Assembly (NCBI GenBank): GCA_965208675.1
Contig: OZ242351.1
Location: forward strand, 256,001 to 320,000
DNA length: 64,000 bases
Direction: 5' to 3'
DNA from: Candidatus Poribacteria bacterium
GTDB lineage: Bacteria; Poribacteria; WGA-4E; PCPOR2b
Shown: positions 57,764 through 64,000 of the stretch, in pieces
Numbering within the stretch: position 1 is the first letter of the stretch
How the letters are laid out: each line of letters opens with the position of its first letter
Translations under genes and position numbers: made by a program
Notes under the pieces: model-generated
The model's database searches: none
What the model was told of the DNA's origin: nothing
What the model saw: only the letters and a program-made list of their open reading frames with translations

Positions 57764-58190
57764 ATGGATAACGGTGGGCTGGTTGACCGTTGGTCTGATT
57801 GGCTTCGTAGACGCTGCATATCTCGCCATTCAACATTATCGCGGCGCGTCACTGGACTGCTACCTTCTGAGAGGATGCGAGGAGGTTACCACTAGCCGAT
57901 ATGCTACAATTGGCTCTATTTCTATTGCCTTGCTGGGTGCGCTATACTACTTGTTAATCATTTTTTTATCCGCGGCGTATTTAGATACCAAACGCAACTG
58001 GTTGTTAACAATCATATCCTCCTTAACAACTGTGGGCTTTTTGGCGTCGATTTTCCTAGTTTATCTGCAAATCTTTGTCATCCGCGCCCTCTGCTCGTAT
58101 TGCCTACTATCGGCGTTTGTAGCCGCTGCACTTTTTGTTTTGGCTGTGATTCTCACAAGAATCTCTAGAAAACCGACAGTTAGTTCGTAA
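57714..58190 (+). CDS. Vitamin K epoxide reductase (VKOR) family protein
   Basis: Loop cysteines DCYLLRGCEEV.TSRYA, TM helices, ALCSYC. Confidence 0.9.
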   Translation: MRDLKRLFSNLNLNSIEWITVGWLTVGLIGFVDAAYLAIQHYRGASLDCYLLRGCEEVTTSRYATIGSISIALLGALYYLLIIFLSAAYLDTKRNWLLTIISSLTTVGFLASIFLVYLQIFVIRALCSYCLLSAFVAAALFVLAVILTRISRKPTVSS

Positions 58191-58278
58191 ATTTTTTGCG
58201 TCAAATGAAAAAGGAAAAGATGTAAACCGCATCAATTAAAATCCGGTGCGCGAGGCAAATCCCATTGGAGAAATTGAA

Positions 58279-58749
58279 GTGTTAGAGCTGCACCGTGAAA
58301 CACTAAATCAGATCCACGGCCACGCCAAAAGGGAATTTCCCTACGAATGCTGCGGTATCATCTTGAGCGGCGGAAATCAGGAGTTTGTGAGAGTGTGCAG
58401 GAATATTCAAAACCAGCGCCATGCCGAAGATCCGGAAACATATACACGCGATGCGCGTACAGCATATCTGATGGATCCAAACGATCAGATGAGAGTCTAT
58501 AAAGAGTCTGAAACCGAAAACCGGCCCATCAAGGCATTCTATCACTCTCACCCCGACCACGATGCGTACTTTTCTGACAAAGATAAAGCAGACGCGACAG
58601 CGTGGGGCGAACCGACATATCCCAATGCGGCTTACATCGTAATATCCGTCTACAATCGGGTGATTAAGGCCACGCGAGCTTACGCTTGGTGTGTAGCTGA
58701 GACCGATTTCGTCGAGGCGCCGATAATCGTGAAGCATCGGTTGGATTAG
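58279..58749 (+). CDS. JAB/Mov34 (M67, Mec-like) metallopeptidase
   Basis: PYECCG, JAMM motif YHSHPDHDAYFSDKD, YIVISV; GGAG SD before GTG 58279. Confidence 0.9.
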   Translation: MLELHRETLNQIHGHAKREFPYECCGIILSGGNQEFVRVCRNIQNQRHAEDPETYTRDARTAYLMDPNDQMRVYKESETENRPIKAFYHSHPDHDAYFSDKDKADATAWGEPTYPNAAYIVISVYNRVIKATRAYAWCVAETDFVEAPIIVKHRLD

Positions 58750-58789
58750 CGTTGAATTTGACTCATCATTTTTGGCAGGGATTGTACAT

Positions 58790-59029
58790 ATGGCAAATTT
58801 AAGAGTGCGCTTGACTTTTCCGCCGGAGCGCGTCACCGAGCCTGTAGTCTACAACATCGGGCATCAATACAATGTTGTCACCAACATCCGGCGCGCTAAC
58901 GTCACGGCTGACGAGGGGTGGATTATTTTGGAATTGATCGGTGACACGGACGAACTTGAACGGGTGGTCGATCATCTCAGATACATTAGAGTACAAGTCG
59001 AACCGGTCGAAGGTGACGTTGTCCTGTAA
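58790..59029 (+). CDS. Stand-alone NIL domain protein
   Basis: LTFPPE..EPVVY...VVTNIRRANV..GWIILELIG, terminal VEGDVV. Confidence 0.85.
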   Translation: MANLRVRLTFPPERVTEPVVYNIGHQYNVVTNIRRANVTADEGWIILELIGDTDELERVVDHLRYIRVQVEPVEGDVVL

Positions 59030-59070
59030 CTGTTTTGTTAAGGGCGCACCGCCCCGGCCGTGATGTCTTG

Positions 59071-60966
59071 CTACAGCTTCTTCAAGGTTACCTCTAGCAC
59101 AAAGTCGGGAACGAGATCGAAAAATAGCACCATGTGGTGTTCGCCGTCCGTATTCTTAGCAATCATGAACTCTTTCGCGTTGGTTTCGACCCTGATTAGA
59201 TCTGGGTTCCTCGCAAATTCGTCTGGCAACTCCCAAAGCGCAATCGCATAATCTGGAAATTCCGCTTCGGTGAGCATTCTCAACGCTATCCGAAACCCCT
59301 CCTCGACCGGCATCCATTTCGGTTTTGACCGAAGCGTGGGAATTCTTGCCGGATCGACGCCTGAATAGACGGGCCACGTCCGATTTGACTGGAAGAATCC
59401 CACGTCAGGCGTCTCCACGTGTGAAATCGAACTCCCTTCAGGTCCAATCATTGCTTCCTGGTTCGTGTAGTCGAACCACCAGATGGGGTTGAGACATTCC
59501 CGCTCAAACCGGATGGAACGGCGCTGGTCCTCGACGACGATGTACTCGTAAGACCACGGGTCTTTGCCTCCGTAGCGCGTATTTTTCCTCAAATCCATGA
59601 TGGGTGGGATGCGCGTATTCCAAGGGAGCCGCTCGCGTGTCAACAATATATGCGCTCCAGCCCACCCGTTAATCCAGTTCATATCATAGAAGATGTGATC
59701 AGTCTTGCTGACGAATACAGTGCGCGGGGTAACTTTATAGTGGCGGCGATAGTAGTCGGCAACATCAAGCGATCGTGCGTAGACTAGCTTGAAGGCTTTG
59801 GGTATTTCGAAAGCCATGTAACGCTGGAATCGTTCTACAAACTGAAACACCGGATACAAATTGTGCTCAACTCCCCAATCGCTGTCATCTAGCGGGCAAC
59901 GGAGTGCGCTGTCGCGAAGCTGGCAAGTAAAGGCAGCGTCATAGAGCGGGAACAGAAAAGCCGGGTGCTCGCTCATCTCCGCAAGATTCTTAGCTTCATT
60001 CACACCCTGGCGAAAACACCTCTCAGCCTCGTCCCAATGGTTTTCTGACGTGTCAAACTGGTTGTGCCAAGTCACGGGTCCCAAGAAATGCCAGCCGGTA
60101 CAGAAATCCCATTGATTCGCCACGACCGAACCGCCTTCTGCCTGATTCGTCTTGCGGAAATCCAACGGCGAGGCGAAGTAGGGAAATTCCGGCATTCCGA
60201 GCCAGGATCCCCCGTTTGCCATCTGTAGTCCGAAGTGGCTGTTGATACCGAGATTCATGAACGTTGCCGCATAACCGGGGTCGTTTGAATGCCACATTTC
60301 AACCCGTCCAGCACGGGCGTCGTTTGTATCGGGTAGAAGTTGCTTGACTCGGTCCAGCGCTTCACCGTACACGCTCACGCGCTCTTCTTGGCTGAGCCTT
60401 GGCGTGTCCGGATATTGCGGAACGACTGCATCGCCGTAATATCGGTGAAACTCCAGAAATTTTTGGCACAGCGGATCACCAGGATCGAAACTCACGGTAT
60501 AGTCGATTTTCGCAATTTTCTCGTAATATCTCTCTACCGGGAGAGGATAGTCGATTGGAATGCCGGTGGCGTGCAAAGTCGGTCGCTGCAAGGCGGGATA
60601 ACCGCTGAAGCGTATTACAATCCAATCATCTTCGATCGCCGCGAAATAACGGTAGAACACCTCGTCGCCAGCACGCCACCGCGCGATGTAGTTGCCGGGA
60701 GCCGGTGGCTGATAGCTTAAAAACGCACGCCCATTGTCGAATCTCAATTCAAACTGTTTTGACTCGAGTGTGTCCAGCCATCCCAAATCTCCGCCGGCGG
60801 TAAAAGCGTCCCCCGGTTCAGCGCGTTCAAGATATCTCGGGAATATGGTTAGCGGCTCGGCTTCGATTCCATCCGGGAGGTAAAAGGTGAATTCTACACG
60901 CTCCCCCACCTGCAAAAGCCTGGCGCCCGTAGTCCATTGCGGTTTTTTCAAAAGTTTCTTATTCAT
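59071..60966 (-). CDS. Hypothetical protein (631 aa)
   Basis: Long ORF with GGAG SD, aromatic-rich; no family recognised. Confidence 0.7.
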   Translation of the reverse strand: MNKKLLKKPQWTTGARLLQVGERVEFTFYLPDGIEAEPLTIFPRYLERAEPGDAFTAGGDLGWLDTLESKQFELRFDNGRAFLSYQPPAPGNYIARWRAGDEVFYRYFAAIEDDWIVIRFSGYPALQRPTLHATGIPIDYPLPVERYYEKIAKIDYTVSFDPGDPLCQKFLEFHRYYGDAVVPQYPDTPRLSQEERVSVYGEALDRVKQLLPDTNDARAGRVEMWHSNDPGYAATFMNLGINSHFGLQMANGGSWLGMPEFPYFASPLDFRKTNQAEGGSVVANQWDFCTGWHFLGPVTWHNQFDTSENHWDEAERCFRQGVNEAKNLAEMSEHPAFLFPLYDAAFTCQLRDSALRCPLDDSDWGVEHNLYPVFQFVERFQRYMAFEIPKAFKLVYARSLDVADYYRRHYKVTPRTVFVSKTDHIFYDMNWINGWAGAHILLTRERLPWNTRIPPIMDLRKNTRYGGKDPWSYEYIVVEDQRRSIRFERECLNPIWWFDYTNQEAMIGPEGSSISHVETPDVGFFQSNRTWPVYSGVDPARIPTLRSKPKWMPVEEGFRIALRMLTEAEFPDYAIALWELPDEFARNPDLIRVETNAKEFMIAKNTDGEHHMVLFFDLVPDFVLEVTLKKL

Positions 60967-61013
60967 CTGATATCGCTCCGACGGCAGGTAGCGTTTCAGT
61001 TGCTTTGACGCAA

Positions 61014-61646
61014 TTAAATCTCTAGACGAATCAAGGGTTTGACAGTCGGACGTGAATAGGTACGGTTCGAGACAGCGTCAGCGAAGAACGGCGCAAAAAA
61101 GGTATCATGACAGGTTAGAAATTCATTTAAGTTAATTCCCATATACATGGTTGGGTTGCCAAGGTTCGTCCGCACGCGGCGAACCTTATCGCGGCCGGCT
61201 GTTGAAAGGCTTCGCAACGGTCGGAGTTGACGCGAATGGTACTTGATGAGCGACGCGGAAATTTGAATCAACCCCTGCAAAAACAGCCGGTATTCATCTT
61301 CGGCTATCTGCCACAGTCCCTCCCACGCCTCGTGCGCTTCCCACCAGTAGGCAAAGTTGTAGAGGTCTACGCCGTAGAGGTAATCCTCATTTTCTCGCCA
61401 CGCCTCTGCTGGCGGGATATATTCGTCGGTTTCTTCGTTCAATCCGTAACTATGACCATGAACGTCGTTGATTGGGTGAGGCGTGGCGCCCGGCACATGC
61501 CGATACGACGGAAAGGGGCGTTGCGGACAGTAACGTATCCAATCAGGATTAAACGGCACAGGTTGCGGGATGCTCGAATCTCTTTCCTCGGTACGTCGAA
61601 TAACGCGCTTTCGGCGTCTGAGAAATCCTAATCCCGTGATTTTCAT
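61014..61646 (-). CDS. DUF309 domain protein
   Basis: GVDLYNFAYWWEAHEAWEGLW, LQGLIQ; N-terminal Y..VPG.TPHP. Confidence 0.85.
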   Translation of the reverse strand: MKITGLGFLRRRKRVIRRTEERDSSIPQPVPFNPDWIRYCPQRPFPSYRHVPGATPHPINDVHGHSYGLNEETDEYIPPAEAWRENEDYLYGVDLYNFAYWWEAHEAWEGLWQIAEDEYRLFLQGLIQISASLIKYHSRQLRPLRSLSTAGRDKVRRVRTNLGNPTMYMGINLNEFLTCHDTFFAPFFADAVSNRTYSRPTVKPLIRLEI

Positions 61647-61723
61647 GAAGCTAACAACCTCAAGATTTGGCCGGGGAGTGATGGCTTGGTGATGGTAGAT
61701 GGCGGGTTTGGCTCGGATAGTTC

Positions 61724-61990
61724 CTATGCAGTATTATCGCGTTTTTTATCTAGATCAAAGCCGTCCTTTATCCAATACACAAACGTGCATACACCTTTTG
61801 GTAAGAAGTACAATGTGGCGCCGCCAATTAAGGTGAAAAACAGGCAAATTGATGCGTCACTACGACTGTGATGAATAAGACTGTAGACCATGCATAAACA
61901 CCCGATAGCCACCCATACGCCACTTAATCCGGCCGAACAAGCGACAACAATTCTTCTAACGCCCTCGGATCGAGGCTGCCGTTTTTACAA
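61724..61990 (-). pseudogene. Small two-TM protein gene with a stop as its second codon
   Basis: GAGGAGG-ATAAG-TTG-TAA, then an open frame KRQPRSEGVRRIVV...YWIKDGF...TAG. Confidence 0.55.
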
Positions 61991-62125
61991 CTTATCCTCC
62001 TCACGATGCATTGAATTCTACGCTAGCAAGACTGCGATATGTCACTTTAAAGGCAACGTCAACCGCAATAACACGTAATTTAACAATTTTCCGACATTTA
62101 TTTGGATTTTTCAAACAAGGTCTAA

Positions 62126-62359
62126 TCAAGCGGTTTGAACTTTGGCAAGCGAAGGTATCTTTGCGTGTACAGTTTCCAAAGTTGAATCTCGAATGAAGGT
62201 ACTAGCATTTAGAATTTCGATACCGATTAGTTCTCCGGCGTCATTTAATTCTACCGTAATATTTGGATTCAGTTCAACACTTCCACTTTCTGGTTCATCA
62301 GAAATCTCCAAATGCAATATGTCTTCTCGCTCAAAATATGCCATCTTTGTCTTATTCAA
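62126..62359 (-). CDS. DUF2283 domain protein
   Basis: YFEREDILHL...VEL...ELNDAGELIGIEILNAS; GAGG SD before TTG 62359. Confidence 0.85.
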   Translation of the reverse strand: MNKTKMAYFEREDILHLEISDEPESGSVELNPNITVELNDAGELIGIEILNASTFIRDSTLETVHAKIPSLAKVQTA

Positions 62360-62542
62360 GTGTATACCTCTGATTTGCAGCGATTCACAAACTCTTAACT
62401 TATTGAGATTTGCTTCAAATAGAAACGGGTTTAAGATTAACCGCCAAAAGAAACCATATCTCTTGGTAAAACTGCAAAACGGTATATTCTGCCTTAGCCG
62501 TAGGTTAAGGAAAGTACATTGACTATTGCTCTTCAACCGATG

Positions 62543-64000
62543 CTATAGATGAAGCAAAACTTTATGGATTTCAACCATAGCAAGTGTGTCCATCCTGCAA
62601 TATTCCTTCAAGTGATAAATCATATTGCCTTTTTCTACGTCCCCCGTAGTGTTAATCATCAAATCCCAGACAGCCTGGGCGTCATCGCCGTCTTGAACAT
62701 CCAAATTCTGGTAGGAAAGAGAAGGTACTAAAATAGGAAGTACGTTCTTTAGAGAATTTGAACCACCAAAACCGGGGTGTTTATAGTGATTGTTAAAAAT
62801 CAATAGCTGGTCCCATAGTCTGGAAACAACTGACTGAAGTGCTCCAGAGTATTCAGGGAAATATTGAGCCAATTCCTCAAATCTCTCGCGTTCAAAAGAA
62901 GCAGAATAGACTACCACCGAACCGACATCGAAGATATGATTAAGCATAGATTCCACTAAAGGCAAACGTGGATCCGTGGTATCGGTGTGCAAGTATTCGT
63001 GATGTGTAATCGAGCCATCTGATTGCAAAATTTGGCAACTGTATTGAAATGGAAAGTGATCATACGGACTTAAACCCTCAATCCTCGGAACCGCAGGGTT
63101 GAGTGTTTCAAAATCAAAGAAATGAATAGGATATTCTAATTCTGATAATTCGTTTCTGATTGCCTCAACATCAATCTCTGGCTGATTATTCAGAACCATA
63201 TCAACGTAAGCGCGCTGATTTTGAGTCAATGCAAAATCGGCAGGGAGATCTTCAAGACTAAAGACTCCGCTTTCTATCAACTGGTTTTTTTTATCCCAAC
63301 TAAGTCGCGGAATGGTGAAAATTGAGGGTTCAGGAACGAACTCCCAACAATGGTCCTTAAACGGGCAAGTGTAGGGCTCGTCACATTGCTTTCCTGTCGA
63401 GACGACCGGTTCAACGTCTCCCTCAAGTATTGTTTTGAATGTTTCTAAATCGCCGGAGACATTATCAATCAATGGGTCAACTCGACCGGTTACATCCTCA
63501 AAAACAAACAAATTAGAGAGGTCCGGATAAACACATTCTCGATTTATATGCATCAACTGTGTTCTAGAGATGGACACGCCGATTTCACTCAAGACGTACT
63601 TTAGGGCAGCTAGTTCATGCAAATGCTCTTCTTTGACATTTTTTGACGCGGTGACTTTAATGATTTTCCACGACTTTGAGTCTTTCTGAAGAACATCACA
63701 TCGTGCCGAAATACCATCAAAACTAAAGATAGGTTCAAAGATGTACGGTACGCCGCGTCGCATGGCATCTTGGGTTTGCTCTGAAGATTCCTCATGATCC
63801 AAGGAATCAATCAACATGCCCCCCGGAAAATTATCTCGAGCAAGAACTCTGACCTCTGTGCTTTGATCGATAATTCGCTGTTGCGATCTGGATACTGTAG
63901 ATGCTCTCTGTGGATGGCTCTTTTCACACCAAAGGCGTTCATACCAGAGGCGTTTGTGACATTGCACCCCGCTCATAAATTTGGAATTCTCAACGAACAT
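62543..64000 (-). CDS. DUF2779 domain protein (nuclease-like N-terminus, RNase H-like C-terminus); start at the window edge
   Basis: SKFM.G.QC.KRLW, CDEPYTCPF..HCW, FFDFET, PFQYS, YSASFE, GSNSLKNVLP, EYC.MDT.AMV. Confidence 0.85.
   Translation of the reverse strand: MFVENSKFMSGVQCHKRLWYERLWCEKSHPQRASTVSRSQQRIIDQSTEVRVLARDNFPGGMLIDSLDHEESSEQTQDAMRRGVPYIFEPIFSFDGISARCDVLQKDSKSWKIIKVTASKNVKEEHLHELAALKYVLSEIGVSISRTQLMHINRECVYPDLSNLFVFEDVTGRVDPLIDNVSGDLETFKTILEGDVEPVVSTGKQCDEPYTCPFKDHCWEFVPEPSIFTIPRLSWDKKNQLIESGVFSLEDLPADFALTQNQRAYVDMVLNNQPEIDVEAIRNELSELEYPIHFFDFETLNPAVPRIEGLSPYDHFPFQYSCQILQSDGSITHHEYLHTDTTDPRLPLVESMLNHIFDVGSVVVYSASFERERFEELAQYFPEYSGALQSVVSRLWDQLLIFNNHYKHPGFGGSNSLKNVLPILVPSLSYQNLDVQDGDDAQAVWDLMINTTGDVEKGNMIYHLKEYCRMDTLAMVEIHKVLLHL

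Noticed and set aside
428-63810. Numerous short antisense or alternate-frame ORFs in the track, and long N-terminal extensions (e.g. 5868-6107, 30820-30951, 52367-52621, 62360-62536)
   Set aside because: They overlap well-supported genes or precede a better-supported start, and show no recognisable motifs.
1-64000. Genome-wide TAG reassignment
   Set aside because: Several genes (ending at 826, 9460, 17090, 37546, 41484, 58749) stop at TAG at plausible family C-termini.

Overview
A gene-dense bacterial chromosome segment (about 60 CDSs, tRNA-Phe and tRNA-Thr), with no rRNA, CRISPR array, integrase or transposase that I can recognise. Gene content (LamG and PD40 proteins sharing a short C-terminal tail, three PhyH-type dioxygenases, a FlgD-Ig-tailed secreted protein, lpxK) points to a diderm organism resembling Ca. 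Poribacteria; this is an inference. Housekeeping genes include lpxK, ackA, glnE, uppP, ychF, a clpX-like ATPase, yicC and gmk. Main signals: (1) a 17-residue C-terminal motif, [hydrophobic][AS]VxPxx[KN]xxxxW[GA]x[IL]K, shared without gaps by five predicted exported proteins of three unrelated types, a candidate sorting signal; (2) a PhyH-fold enzyme with HxG in place of HxD (halogenase-like) plus an extra C-terminal domain, in a cupin/PhyH/glycoside-hydrolase-like cluster whose other PhyH carries an in-frame TAG; (3) two orphan genes inside an ECF sigma/anti-sigma/Spy-like locus, bracketed by an ATTGGTATT...AATACCAAT inverted repeat that also occurs nearly empty at 15.6 kb; (4) a RegB-like (GGxxNPF) kinase paired with an NtrC-family regulator lacking GAFTGA; (5) three tandem mosaic TolB-like propeller genes. 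All calls are from motif reading by eye; no searches were run.
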